Positions 19,652 to 29,592 of a DNA stretch of 64,000 nucleotides are shown here, one piece after another (the first letter of the stretch is position 1; every line of letters begins with the position of its first letter). Where the stretch lies: the NCBI GenBank assembly GCA_963787195.1, contig CAWBCI010000020.1, positions 60,237 to 124,236 of the forward strand. Direction: 5' to 3'. The notes beneath the pieces were generated by a model, which saw nothing but the letters and a program-made list of their open reading frames with translations, did no database searches and was not told where the DNA came from. The position numbers and the translations under genes were made by a program. The DNA is from an uncultured Bacteroidales bacterium. GTDB taxonomy: Bacteria > Bacteroidota > Bacteroidia > Bacteroidales > JAGOPY01.

Positions 19652-20406
19652 TATTGATCTCTTAATGTCCTCCCGGTAAGTTTAATAAAAACACTTTCCA
19701 GGTTTGTAGAGCCTGGCTGAGCGGCAATGAGTTCTCCGGGCCTGCCTTCTGCAAGTATACGCCCCTGGTCGATAATGGCTATATCGCTGCACAGATGCTC
19801 GGCTTCTTCCATATAATGGGAAGTGTAAATTATCGTAGTCCCTTTTTCATTGATCTCCCTGAGGTATTCAAGTATTACCGCCCTGGATTGCACATCCACA
19901 CCCACTGTGGGTTCATCCAGGATCAAAATGCCAGGTTGGTGAAGGATGCCAGCTATCAGGTTGATCCTTCTTTTCATTCCACCTGAAAAAGTTTTAATCT
20001 TCCTGCGACCATACTTGTGAAGGCCAAATAAATGCAGGCATTCATCTATCCGGCTTTTTAGTTCATGACCCTGTAATCCGTACATTCTGCCTATAAACTG
20101 CAAATTTTCGAGGGCTGTGAGGGTAGGGTAGAGGGCTATATCCTGGGGGACAACCCCAATGAATTGTTTGATTTCAGCCAGGTGATTCCGGATATTCAGG
20201 CCCTTTATCATGATTTTACCGCTATCGGGAAGGAGCAATCCGCAAAGGATGCTGATAGTGGTGGTTTTTCCGGCCCCGTTGGGGCCCAGGAGTCCGTAAA
20301 TACTTCCTGCAGGTATGCCAAGGGATATCTTATCAAGAGCAGGGTCAGACGACCCTTTATAAACTTTGACAAGATCCTTTATCACTATGGCTTCAGCAGA
20401 GTTCAA
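19651..20406 (-). CDS. ABC transporter ATP-binding protein
   Basis: Walker A GPNGAGKTT, signature FSGGMKRR, Walker B ILILDEPT. Confidence 0.9.
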   Translation of the reverse strand: MNSAEAIVIKDLVKVYKGSSDPALDKISLGIPAGSIYGLLGPNGAGKTTTISILCGLLLPDSGKIMIKGLNIRNHLAEIKQFIGVVPQDIALYPTLTALENLQFIGRMYGLQGHELKSRIDECLHLFGLHKYGRRKIKTFSGGMKRRINLIAGILHQPGILILDEPTVGVDVQSRAVILEYLREINEKGTTIIYTSHYMEEAEHLCSDIAIIDQGRILAEGRPGELIAAQPGSTNLESVFIKLTGRTLRDQ

Positions 20407-21425
20407 TCTATCTGTTTAATTTGGCTGAGTTTGATAAAAATCTTTTCTTCCCGGTCAGCGATATCCATCAGCACATCGGAAGCTGCACGGTAACTTTCTT
20501 CTACCCCGTTACGGTTCTTAAATATTCTTCCGGCGATGATGGCAAATTCCCTCCAGCGATCACCAGCTGCTGTCATCTCAGCTGAAACCTCGTTCAGCCA
20601 ATCCTGTTGCAAAACAATGGCAGCTTCCTGCAGGAAAGCCGCGTAAATAAAGCGGAATCCGCCACCGCCCGTACCTATTTCTTCGAGCATCCTCACAAGC
20701 TGACCCAGGTAAAGGGATGCTTTCTTAGGGCCAAGCTTATTTGGCCAGTTGCGCATCCGCCGTGCAGTGTACCTTATTCCCTTCACACCGAAAAGGGGTA
20801 TAGGTATCTTTAACATTTCCTTGCTGGTGTATTTTATGCCGTGCACTATGGCCTTTTTCAAGTCAAAATCTTCCGAAATACCCTCTATATAATACATTCT
20901 TCCCCTTGGAGGGTATGTCCCCCTGGCAAATCTGACCCGCATAAGGTCATGGTAAGTAAGTTTTTCAACTTTCTCCATTACCGGATCACTTATAATGTAT
21001 TCCCCGTTTTCTCGCCCTATCACGACCAGGTTATGGGCATTGAAATGAAAACGGTAAGCTTTGGGGAAATAGGTCAGATGATAAACCCCTACCAAACAAC
21101 CGGTTGGAATACCCTTTTTAAGATTCACATCAAGGGCATCCATGGCTTCCTTCTGATCCCTGAATTTGTCCCTGTGAATTTTGATACCAAGTCTATGAGT
21201 AATGCGGTTGAAGATCATGCCCGGCCATGGCCTGAAAGAGAAAACAGGCAGCCCATTCACTTTGATGAAGGGCATATAGGAATAAAACAGACCACTGCCT
21301 ATACCAAATACCATGGGCTCACTCAGATTTATGCCATGGTATTTCAGCAGGTTTGAAGTTACACCGTTTTCACAGTGGGCAGCCTGGTGATGATTGAAAT
21401 CGATCAGCGTTGCTTTTTCGCTCAT
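20403..21425 (-). CDS. BtrH N-terminal domain / DUF4872-like protein (papain-like acyltransferase/peptidase fold)
   Basis: N-terminus HHQAAHCENGVTSNLLKYHGI..GIGSGLFYSY resembles the BtrH_N family. 340 aa. Confidence 0.55.
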   Translation of the reverse strand: MSEKATLIDFNHHQAAHCENGVTSNLLKYHGINLSEPMVFGIGSGLFYSYMPFIKVNGLPVFSFRPWPGMIFNRITHRLGIKIHRDKFRDQKEAMDALDVNLKKGIPTGCLVGVYHLTYFPKAYRFHFNAHNLVVIGRENGEYIISDPVMEKVEKLTYHDLMRVRFARGTYPPRGRMYYIEGISEDFDLKKAIVHGIKYTSKEMLKIPIPLFGVKGIRYTARRMRNWPNKLGPKKASLYLGQLVRMLEEIGTGGGGFRFIYAAFLQEAAIVLQQDWLNEVSAEMTAAGDRWREFAIIAGRIFKNRNGVEESYRAASDVLMDIADREEKIFIKLSQIKQID

Positions 21426-21838
21426 TTAGTATCAAACTTAGCTTTAAAATCTCGTAATTCTTCAATTGTAATATCAAAAGCATCGGCGTAAACCAGCAGG
21501 ATTTCATCGCCAAGGCTTTTAAAAACTGAGGGTTTCATATGTTTTTTAACAATCCGTTTGGGCAAACCTGCATATTGGGCCAGGAGTTTTAAGTCCATAA
21601 TTCTCAATTCCATATAATAAGCGATTGGGCTTAATTCACCTGCAAGTACTTTTTGTTTTACTTTTTCAGCTTTCTCACGGACGACTTCCCAGGCCTGGAT
21701 CATGGCGTCATTTTTTGGCTTCCATCCTTTGCTCTGGACAGTAGTATATTTCCCGTTTTCATCCAGGACATAACACATATCCAGGTACAAGCCTTCCTGC
21801 AATCCGTCATCATCCTGGGGTACTTCTTTTTTTTTCAT
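21422..21838 (-). CDS. hypothetical protein, possible HTH-containing small protein
   Basis: 138 aa, coupled to neighbours. No motif recognised with confidence. Confidence 0.45.
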   Translation of the reverse strand: MKKKEVPQDDDGLQEGLYLDMCYVLDENGKYTTVQSKGWKPKNDAMIQAWEVVREKAEKVKQKVLAGELSPIAYYMELRIMDLKLLAQYAGLPKRIVKKHMKPSVFKSLGDEILLVYADAFDITIEELRDFKAKFDTK

Positions 21839-21848
21839 CCGAATTATA

Positions 21849-22283
21849 TTAATCTCCTGTGATAAAGATTTTCATTTCACTTTCAGCCAGGATCTCATCT
21901 TCAATATATACTTTACACCTTATCATGCTTGCGTTGAAGATCTCGTTCATTACCCTGACTTCCGAAATTATCCGGACACCGGCTGGAGGCCTCGAATAAA
22001 GTTGAAATCTTGAAATGCTACCTATCACTCCTACGGGAGGCTTCTGCTTCGCTCCACTTGCCTTTAAAGCTGCCATCCAGCCAGTCCGAACTGCAGCCGT
22101 CTGGGCCATTAATTCCATAATCCCGGGCTCTGTAAATATTCCATTCTCTACAAAAATATTTGATGGTTCTATGAGTAGCGTACAAATAGTAGTTTCAGAA
22201 TCACATGATTCCAAAGTATTAATCATGACCATTGGTGGACGCTGCGGGATAAGCTCCAGTATTTTGTCTCCTTCTGCCAGCAT
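21849..22283 (-). CDS. hotdog-fold dehydratase of aryl-polyene clusters
   Basis: ILELIPQRPPMVMINTL near the N-terminus. The ORF could alternatively start at 22340. Confidence 0.7.
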   Translation of the reverse strand: MLAEGDKILELIPQRPPMVMINTLESCDSETTICTLLIEPSNIFVENGIFTEPGIMELMAQTAAVRTGWMAALKASGAKQKPPVGVIGSISRFQLYSRPPAGVRIISEVRVMNEIFNASMIRCKVYIEDEILAESEMKIFITGD

Positions 22284-22366
22284 AATGTTTAATAAAACAC
22301 AATAAGCAAGGGGTTCAGATTGATTTTGTTTGAATTGCAAAATTTCTGCAAAAATACGGAAAGAAA

Positions 22367-23506
22367 TTACACCACGGTCATCAAAGCATATACATAAGAG
22401 AACCGGGCGCTTTCAGGAATCATGAGTAAAAGTTTCTGGCCTTTTTCCAGCTTTCCGGAATGAAAAAGTTCTTCTATCATGAAATAAATACTTGCTGCCC
22501 CCACATTCCCCAGCCTCACCAGATTAGTATACCATTTTTCCTGGGGTATCGGAAATCCGTAACGTTTTAAATCTTCATCGACCTGAGAACGAAAGTATTC
22601 AGAAGATATATGGGGGAGGAAATAATCAATTTCTTCAGGGTTGAGATTTCTCCGTTTAGCAATGTCGGCAATGAAATATCCGCCCTGATTAACAATATTT
22701 TTCCCAAGAAGTTTTACATCCTGCCGGAGCGAAAAGATGGATTTATCGAGCATTTCTTCCGGCATAAAACTGCACCAGGGGATGATCCTCCCGTCAGGAG
22801 CTTTTTCACCTCCTGCATACATGCATGTTTCCAGCTGGTTAGCATATGAAATGTTCTCTATCCATTCAATTTTTAAAGAGGGTCCATCGGTGTTGGGATG
22901 ATCCTGCAGCAAGGCAGCACCGGCCCCGTCGCTCAGCATCCAACGGAGGAATTCTTTTTCAAAGGCAATGATAGGTTCCTTTTCGAGCACTTGCAGGTTC
23001 CTGGTTTCCTTCTCAAAAAACCTGGCCTGCATCATAAGTGAAAATCTTTCAGATCCGGCGCAAACAGCATTATGCACTTCTCCAGATTTGATAGCCAGGT
23101 AACAATATTTCATTGCGTGCATACCTGAAGCGCAGGAGCCGGCAGGGGACAAAATCTCCATCGGTCTGACTCCCAATTCACCATGCACCATAGCAGTATG
23201 TGAAGGAAGTATCTGGTCAGAAATAGTTGTTCCGCAAGACAAAAGTTCTATGTCCATCGTACTGAACTTTTCATCCATCAGTCCGCGTATTGCTTCAGTA
23301 GCCAACCCTGCGTTCGTATGAGTTGCCCTGCCTTGTTCATCAAGGGCATAATACCTGGTTTTGATCTGGTTGTTCCTCAGAATGATCCGTTTTGCCCTGG
23401 AAGGCTTTCCATCGATCATTCCCAGGTACCTTTCCATATCATCATTTTCCACGGGCCGGTTGGGCATGAACTTGGATAAACGGGTGAGGTAAACTTCATT
23501 AGACAT
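22367..23506 (-). CDS. darB: KAS III (FabH)-like condensing enzyme, DarB-type (dialkylresorcinol)
   Basis: 379 aa with AGSCASGMHA active-site Cys, adjacent to a DarA-like gene. Confidence 0.75.
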   Translation of the reverse strand: MSNEVYLTRLSKFMPNRPVENDDMERYLGMIDGKPSRAKRIILRNNQIKTRYYALDEQGRATHTNAGLATEAIRGLMDEKFSTMDIELLSCGTTISDQILPSHTAMVHGELGVRPMEILSPAGSCASGMHAMKYCYLAIKSGEVHNAVCAGSERFSLMMQARFFEKETRNLQVLEKEPIIAFEKEFLRWMLSDGAGAALLQDHPNTDGPSLKIEWIENISYANQLETCMYAGGEKAPDGRIIPWCSFMPEEMLDKSIFSLRQDVKLLGKNIVNQGGYFIADIAKRRNLNPEEIDYFLPHISSEYFRSQVDEDLKRYGFPIPQEKWYTNLVRLGNVGAASIYFMIEELFHSGKLEKGQKLLLMIPESARFSYVYALMTVV

Positions 23507-23620
23507 ACGAACAACTCTTTCTTACAATTTTATTGTGGCAAAGATAAAAATAGTTTAGATATCGGGATGATTCTGAAGGATTATTGGATTGATACAAGTG
23601 ATAGGTAGAAAGAATAATTT

Positions 23621-24547
23621 TCAATGCCCTTTCAGACTCAGGCCGGAAAAATAATCCAGCATTTTCTTTGTCCTGCGGGGAGTTAATTTATGGAACAGCC
23701 AGATGACGACCGACCCAATAGGTGAAACCAGATATATGACTGCAAAAAGATAATATTTGAAAGCCCTTAACCTGCCTTCTCTTGCCGGATCATTAAAATG
23801 TCCCTTTTTTAAGACATATTTCGACCAGAATCCGAACATCATTTTTCCTCTTTTTTCTACGCTCAGGAGCAAGTGGCTTGCCTTAACCGCCCCATGGGAG
23901 AGAAGCTCTGCCTGCAGGTTTTCGGTATGATCTTCCCTGAAGGCCTTTGCAATAATTTCCCCGAAAACTGAAGCTCCCCTGATGTCTTTTTCAGGAACCC
24001 CGGCTGGAGGAAACATTTTTTGATAAAGTCCGCTGCCTTGTTTTTCACCCTTCATCATCCAGCGAACAATGGTAATTACACTCAGCAGATTTGGACTGGG
24101 ATCCACCAGGACAATGTTCCCTATCAGTTTTCCTCCTGCCTCAAATATCCTGGTTTTTACACTTTCCTGGGCCATGGCCCACATATTGCGAACGCCTGAA
24201 ATGGTGATCACAGGCTTTCCGTTCAATAAGTTTTTTGCATCCTGGTTTTGAAGAAAGGAAGACATTGGAATACAGGGCGAAAGGTACCAGACGGGATAGG
24301 CAAGGATTATCAGATTATAGCTTGTTTTCGGATCAAAAGAAAAAGGCTGTAAGCGGCAGGGAATTTCCCTGACAGACTCAGGAAAAGCCTGGAAGAAGGA
24401 CATGCCTGTCCATGGAAATGGAAATGCTTCAAGCGGCTTCAACTCCTCAAAATGAATTTCTGAAAATTCTACCAGTGGTTCTACTACCGAATCAATTATG
24501 GCTTTTGTCTGTCCGGTCTGAGAGTAATATATTACCAGGGTTTTCAT
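23621..24547 (-). CDS. darA: DarA-type dialkylresorcinol condensing enzyme (flavodoxin-like N-terminus)
   Basis: MKTLVIYYSQTGQTK N-terminus, C-terminal TM segment, ~300 aa, paired with darB. Confidence 0.65.
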   Translation of the reverse strand: MKTLVIYYSQTGQTKAIIDSVVEPLVEFSEIHFEELKPLEAFPFPWTGMSFFQAFPESVREIPCRLQPFSFDPKTSYNLIILAYPVWYLSPCIPMSSFLQNQDAKNLLNGKPVITISGVRNMWAMAQESVKTRIFEAGGKLIGNIVLVDPSPNLLSVITIVRWMMKGEKQGSGLYQKMFPPAGVPEKDIRGASVFGEIIAKAFREDHTENLQAELLSHGAVKASHLLLSVEKRGKMMFGFWSKYVLKKGHFNDPAREGRLRAFKYYLFAVIYLVSPIGSVVIWLFHKLTPRRTKKMLDYFSGLSLKGH

Positions 24548-24592
24548 GAAATTATTTAAAAATTAAGACTGATATTGATGAATTTCAGGTCT

Positions 24593-24904
24593 TTACTTCC
24601 TTTTCTGCTCTTCCTCCCAAAATTGATAATAATTAAACCATTGTTCGGGATATCTTAAAAGTTTGTCTTCAAATTCAATCAGATAATCTTCAAGGATGGC
24701 CCGGAGATTTTCCTCCGGAACTTTCCTCTTTCCTTTATTCTCATATGAACGGGAAGGCGTAGCATAAAAATGATAATGTGTGGGCCCTTCCTTCATGGCA
24801 AAAACAAAACTTACGGGAACGCCAAAACGCAAAGCCAGGTAGAATGGCCCTTCAGGGAAACCTGGCGGGCTGTCCGAGAAAATTTGCCGTGATGGTCTTG
24901 GCAC
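24593..24904 (-). CDS. C-terminal part of an LpxL/HtrB-like lysophospholipid (lipid A type) acyltransferase
   Basis: Continues ORF 24852..25493 after a 1-nt frame change: ...ANFLGQPARFP* versus PPGFPEGPFYLALRFGVPV. The junction is at the TTTCCC run, 24852-24862. Confidence 0.7.
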   Translation of the reverse strand: MPRPSRQIFSDSPPGFPEGPFYLALRFGVPVSFVFAMKEGPTHYHFYATPSRSYENKGKRKVPEENLRAILEDYLIEFEDKLLRYPEQWFNYYQFWEEEQKRK

Positions 24905-25493
24905 CTTCTAAAAAGCGGTCCCCGTGAATTGCGATGAGTTCCCTGTTTTTCAGCGCTTCATGGATTTGAATAAGATGCGAAAGGTCATTTTTTATCACTA
25001 TCACTTTGATATTCTTTTCCTTCATGACATCATCCAGATAATGTTTGATGTTTTCATGTTCTTCATCAAACATCACGATATTAAAGGGCCTGTCGAGCCT
25101 TTTCAAAAGATTTCCGGCGACTTCCCAGTTCCCGATATGGGCACTTATGAGCAGGCCCCCGTTTTGCATCCCGCGGAGGTATTCTTCCCCATCAAAGTCA
25201 TAGCTAAATTTATCAGCCAGACCAGCCATGGCAGCAACTTTATCTATTAGCACCTGTCCGAAGATAAAATAATTCCTGTAAATAGTCCAGCGGGCACGGG
25301 TTGAGCTGTATTTCAAGCGTTTATGATAGAGATAATAGATATGATGATTGGATTTTCGGGCAAAGAGGAAATAGTAAAAGGAAACGAAGACGAGCAGGAG
25401 GTAAGCAGGGTAAAGGCCCAGGTGGCGGATGGTAAAAACAAATATCCTGTAACCGCTTAGACCACCCCTGGTTTTTCCTTCCCACCTGGCCAT
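24852..25493 (-). CDS. N-terminal part of the LpxL/HtrB-like acyltransferase
   Basis: N-terminal TM followed by ISAHIGNWEVAG (HX4-type acyltransferase motif). Confidence 0.75.
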   Translation of the reverse strand: MARWEGKTRGGLSGYRIFVFTIRHLGLYPAYLLLVFVSFYYFLFARKSNHHIYYLYHKRLKYSSTRARWTIYRNYFIFGQVLIDKVAAMAGLADKFSYDFDGEEYLRGMQNGGLLISAHIGNWEVAGNLLKRLDRPFNIVMFDEEHENIKHYLDDVMKEKNIKVIVIKNDLSHLIQIHEALKNRELIAIHGDRFLEGAKTITANFLGQPARFP

Positions 25494-25496
25494 TCC

Positions 25497-25745
25497 TTAA
25501 TTATTGGAATGAACCCGGTCAAATATATGCTTATAAAACTGGCTAAGGGTTGCTATATTGGCCATTTCTTCACCTTTCAGTTTAAAGCCATATTTTTTTT
25601 CAATAATGACGACAATATCCACAAAGTCAAGGCTGTCGATACCGATCTGTTTCCAGGTGGCATCAGGCGTAATGAGGTTCTCTTCAATTTCAAATTCTTC
25701 GACCAGGAAATTATTCACATCCCGGGTGATTTCTTCTTGTGTCAT
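25497..25745 (-). CDS. acyl carrier protein
   Basis: 82 aa, IGIDSLDFVDIV. Confidence 0.9.
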   Translation of the reverse strand: MTQEEITRDVNNFLVEEFEIEENLITPDATWKQIGIDSLDFVDIVVIIEKKYGFKLKGEEMANIATLSQFYKHIFDRVHSNN

Positions 25746-25792
25746 ATAGAGTGAGTGCTTACCTTGATTTTCGGGTGTAAAATTAAGAATAA

Positions 25793-27013
25793 TTATGGAA
25801 TATTCTTAATGATTAGTGTAGAATTTGTCCCCCCAAAACCGAAAGCATTTGAGAGGAATATATTAAAGCCCTGCTGGATGGTACGTGTTGCGATATTCAG
25901 TTTGGCTGAATATTCGTCAGGATTTTCAAAGTTGATATTTGGAGCAATAAAGCCATTTTTCATCATAAGGATGGAATAGACAACTTCGCTGGCGCCTCCC
26001 ATCCACATCTCATGGCCGGTCATCGACTTTGTAGAGCTGATAATAGGTTTGCGGTCGCCGAATACCTTGTCTATTGCCTGGGCTTCCTTTGCATCTCCCA
26101 CCGGGGTGGAAGTTGCATGGGCATTGATATAGCCTATTTCTTTTGCGTCCAGGCCCGAATCTTTAATGGCCAGATTCATGGCTTTCATAGGACCATCCAG
26201 GTTAGGGACCGAAATATGGTCGCCATTGGATGAAAAACCATAGCCGATGATTTCGGCTAAGATCGGGGCTCCTCTTTTTACAGCCGAATCATAGCTTTCG
26301 AGAATGACAGTAGCACCTCCTCCGCTGGGAACCAGGCCATCCCGGTCGCGGTCGAAAGGTTTGGATGCTTTGCTTGGTTCCTTTTCCAAAGTGGAAAAGG
26401 CATTCAATGCATCAAAATTCCCCATGGATTCTTTGTTGATCTCCTGTCCACCCCCGGTAATGATACATTCCTGCAAACCGAATTTAATTAGCAGGTAAGC
26501 CAGGCCTATGGCATGTGAACCACTGGCACAGGCTCCGCTGAGCGTATAATTTACACCTTTCAGCTTGAAGATCACCGAAAGGTTCATGGTGATCGTTGAA
26601 TTCATCGTCTGGAAGATAGAACCCGAACCTATCATGGCGGTATCTTTCTTTTCCCGCATCAGGTCAAAAGCCTCTATGACAGGTACGGCTGAACTGTCAT
26701 TTCCGAAAATAATCCCGGCTTCAACACGTTCCAGGTAGTCTGGTTCGATGCGGGCATTCTTAAGTGCTTCGATGGTCGACATATAGGCATATTCAGCCTG
26801 CTCGGGCATGCCGATACGTTGCCGCCGGTCGAGCAGTCCTTTCAGCACAGGCCTCTCAATCACTCCGGTGAGCCCTGAGCGATAGCCAAGTTCCTTCCTT
26901 TCAGGATCAAATCCAATTCCGGATTTGCCATGATAAAGTGAATCCCTGACAGCATCCAGATTGGTGCCGATAGTTGAATAGATGCCCATACCGGTTATAA
27001 CGACCCGTTGCAT
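25793..27013 (-). CDS. beta-ketoacyl-ACP synthase (FabB/FabF-like)
   Basis: LSGACASGSHAIG active-site Cys, INAHATSTP, GHEMWMGG, AFGFGGTNS. Confidence 0.9.
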   Translation of the reverse strand: MQRVVITGMGIYSTIGTNLDAVRDSLYHGKSGIGFDPERKELGYRSGLTGVIERPVLKGLLDRRQRIGMPEQAEYAYMSTIEALKNARIEPDYLERVEAGIIFGNDSSAVPVIEAFDLMREKKDTAMIGSGSIFQTMNSTITMNLSVIFKLKGVNYTLSGACASGSHAIGLAYLLIKFGLQECIITGGGQEINKESMGNFDALNAFSTLEKEPSKASKPFDRDRDGLVPSGGGATVILESYDSAVKRGAPILAEIIGYGFSSNGDHISVPNLDGPMKAMNLAIKDSGLDAKEIGYINAHATSTPVGDAKEAQAIDKVFGDRKPIISSTKSMTGHEMWMGGASEVVYSILMMKNGFIAPNINFENPDEYSAKLNIATRTIQQGFNIFLSNAFGFGGTNSTLIIKNIP

Positions 27014-27101
27014 AATCTTTTCTCTAACTGATGAGTATTAATATCCGTAACAAATGAAAAGCAAAATTAGTAAAAAAAACCTGTCCAAAAAAAAGTAAAA
27101 A

Positions 27102-27833
27102 TCAACCTAAAATACCTCCATTTATTGATATAACCTGTCCTGTAATATATGAAGCTTTTTCAGAAGCAAGGAAACTGACCAGTTCAGCAACCTCCTCCGG
27201 TTCACCAAAACGATTCATAGGTACCATGGCCTTGAACTCTTTCTCGTCCACATCTTTAATCATATCCGTACGAATGAAACCGGGCGCTACGGCATTTACG
27301 GTTACGTTCTTCCTGGCCACCTCCTGAGCAAGTGAACGGGTGGCACCCATCAAACCTGCCTTGGCAGCTGAGTAATTGGTTTGGCCTGCTACTCCTTTCA
27401 GTCCGGAAAGGGATACAATATTGATGATACGGCCGAATTTCCGGAATAACATGTCTTTCAGGACCATCCTCGTTACGTTGAAGAACCCCCCGAGATTGGT
27501 GTCCATAACATTGGTCCATTCGTTGTGTTCCATGAAGACCATCAGGTTATCCTGCCTGATCCCTGCATTATTGATCAGCACGTGAATGTATGTGTCAGGA
27601 TGGGCTTTTAACCAATCACCGATCACATTTTCGACCTGCTCCCTTTTACTCACATCAAATTGAAGCAGTTCAGCTTCTCCTCCTCTACTAATGATCATTT
27701 CACGGGTTTTCTCAGCTTCCTCTATGCGTCCCAAATAATTCACGAGGATAAAATAACCGTCTTCAGCAAGTTTCAGGCATATAGCCCTGCCTATTCCACG
27801 CGATCCCCCGGTTATTAATGCATATTTCTTCAT
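27102..27833 (-). CDS. fabG: 3-oxoacyl-ACP reductase (SDR)
   Basis: TGGSRGIGRA, NNAG, and YSAAKAG catalytic Tyr-Lys. 243 aa. Confidence 0.9.
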   Translation of the reverse strand: MKKYALITGGSRGIGRAICLKLAEDGYFILVNYLGRIEEAEKTREMIISRGGEAELLQFDVSKREQVENVIGDWLKAHPDTYIHVLINNAGIRQDNLMVFMEHNEWTNVMDTNLGGFFNVTRMVLKDMLFRKFGRIINIVSLSGLKGVAGQTNYSAAKAGLMGATRSLAQEVARKNVTVNAVAPGFIRTDMIKDVDEKEFKAMVPMNRFGEPEEVAELVSFLASEKASYITGQVISINGGILG

Positions 27834-27835
27834 GC

Positions 27836-29371
27836 TCAGATATTTAGTCCGTTTGCTTCTATATATTCTTTCATCTTCCTGATCTCATTATAATGGACTT
27901 TATCCTGCACGAACTTCGGGAATATCTTCCGCAGGTTCATGTATATGTCCCTGTTGAATTTTGATAATTTCGCCTGAATTTCCAGGTATTCGATAGCCTG
28001 CAGGAGGGTCATCAGGTGTATGGCCATTACTTCAAAGCTGTTTTCGATCACACGGGAACTGAGCAAAGCTGCATTGGTGCCCATGCTCACTATATCCTGG
28101 TTATCGTTATTGGTTGGGATGCTGTGCACATACATGGGATTTGAAAGAGTTTGGTTCTCAGCAACCGTTGAAGTTGCTGTAAACTGCGTTCCCTGCATCC
28201 CCAGATTTAATCCCAGTGTTCCAAGATTTACGAAGGGAGGTAATTTTTCATTCAGTTTATTATTCATCAGGAAATTGAGTTGCCTCTCGGTCAGCATCGA
28301 CAATTTTGTGACAGCTATTTTCAGCTTGTCCATTTCCAGGGAAACATAATCCCCATGGAAGTTACCGCCATGAAATACGTTCTGGTTCCTGTGGTCTATA
28401 ACCGGATTATCATTTACCGAGTTTATTTCATCCAGGACCACTTTTTCAGCGTTGTGAAGGGTGTCGGTTATGGGTCCGAGGATCTGTGTAATGCAACGTA
28501 TGGAATAGTATTCCTGTATTTTCCTGGCAAAGACAAGTTCTCCGTTCTTCCCGTTAAAAAGATGTTCTTCCCGTTTTTTTACAAGGGAACTGTCTTTTAA
28601 AATTTTCTGGAGCAGGGCGGTGATTTCCTGTTGCCCGGGATGCAACTTGACCTGGTTCAGCTCTACGCTGAAATGATCGTCATAGGATTCCACAATTTCG
28701 TTAATACAAGCCGAGGCAGCCACCGACCAGTTTAAAAGTCTTTTGGCTTTTATGATATTGACAATTCCTATACCTGACATGACTGAGGTGCCATTGATCA
28801 GGGAAAGGGCTTCCCGGATATGCATGGAAATGGGAAGTAGTTTATTTTGTGAAAAGGCCTGGGATGTCGGAATTATCTGTCCCTTGTAAACAACTTCTCC
28901 TTCCCCGATAAGGGCCAGGGCCAGATGTGCGAGTTGCACAAGGTCCCCGCTGGCTCCAACGCCCCCGTGGCGTGGTATCACCGGAAGGATCTCCCGGTTG
29001 ATCAATTCTTTGAGCAATTCAACCACTTCAGGATGTATGCCCGAATAGGCCCTCATGAGGGTATTTAAACGGGCTACCATCAGTGCCATAACATGCAGGT
29101 CTTCCAGCTTTTCGCCGGTTCCGGCAGCGTGACTCCGGATCAGATTGTACTGAAGCGCTTCCCTGTCCTTGTCAGCAACTTTGTATTGCGACATGGGCCC
29201 CAGTCCGGTATTGATGCCGTAAATAATTTTATCCCGGGCAAAAGACTCCAGGAAAAGATAGTTTTCCTGAACATCTTTGAGGGCAGTAGCGTCAAGATTT
29301 ACCGCTTCTTTATCGAAAAGTATCCTGCTGAAATCATCCGTAGTGATCTGCCGGCCTCCAATTGTGATCAT
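27836..29371 (-). CDS. aromatic amino acid ammonia-lyase (HAL/TAL family; expected tyrosine ammonia-lyase of flexirubin synthesis)
   Basis: 511 aa with the MIO-forming GGVGASGDLVQLAH motif. It is the first gene of the cluster on the minus strand. Confidence 0.9.
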   Translation of the reverse strand: MITIGGRQITTDDFSRILFDKEAVNLDATALKDVQENYLFLESFARDKIIYGINTGLGPMSQYKVADKDREALQYNLIRSHAAGTGEKLEDLHVMALMVARLNTLMRAYSGIHPEVVELLKELINREILPVIPRHGGVGASGDLVQLAHLALALIGEGEVVYKGQIIPTSQAFSQNKLLPISMHIREALSLINGTSVMSGIGIVNIIKAKRLLNWSVAASACINEIVESYDDHFSVELNQVKLHPGQQEITALLQKILKDSSLVKKREEHLFNGKNGELVFARKIQEYYSIRCITQILGPITDTLHNAEKVVLDEINSVNDNPVIDHRNQNVFHGGNFHGDYVSLEMDKLKIAVTKLSMLTERQLNFLMNNKLNEKLPPFVNLGTLGLNLGMQGTQFTATSTVAENQTLSNPMYVHSIPTNNDNQDIVSMGTNAALLSSRVIENSFEVMAIHLMTLLQAIEYLEIQAKLSKFNRDIYMNLRKIFPKFVQDKVHYNEIRKMKEYIEANGLNI

Positions 29372-29502
29372 TCGCTTAATTAAAGTTATTCAGTGATCCT
29401 TAAATAAATTGATATATATTTATTTCATCCCCCAAAAAATCAAACCTTAATATAAAACACGTTAAATCAATATGTTAACTAAGGAATTTTTTTTTCAGAC
29501 TG

Positions 29503-29510
29503 CAAATTTA
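29503..29510 (-). promoter_or_regulatory. candidate Bacteroidota -7 promoter box TAAATTTG (TAnnTTTG) upstream of the ammonia-lyase gene
   Basis: The reverse complement of caaattta matches TAnnTTTG, ~130 nt upstream of the ATG at 29371. Confidence 0.3.
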
Positions 29511-29592
29511 ACTATTTTTATGAAACAAGCTTTTGATTCATTTCAGATTGCCCGGGGCGGATTTCAGATTTACGAAGCTTTGTTGAACCGCC

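Noticed and set aside
112-29383. Numerous plus-strand ORFs across the pigment cluster (e.g. 717..1070, 1392..1922, 18864..19394, 20841..21356, 28020..28600)
   Set aside because: All are antisense to minus-strand genes with strong motif support, and none has a recognisable motif.
29541-29576. ATTTCAGATTTACGAA shared with 48191-48206, with a related TTCAGATTGACGGAA at ~49547, as a mobile-element end
   Set aside because: Only ~16 nt are shared and I cannot define element boundaries or target duplications by eye. It is noted as part of the general repeat load only.
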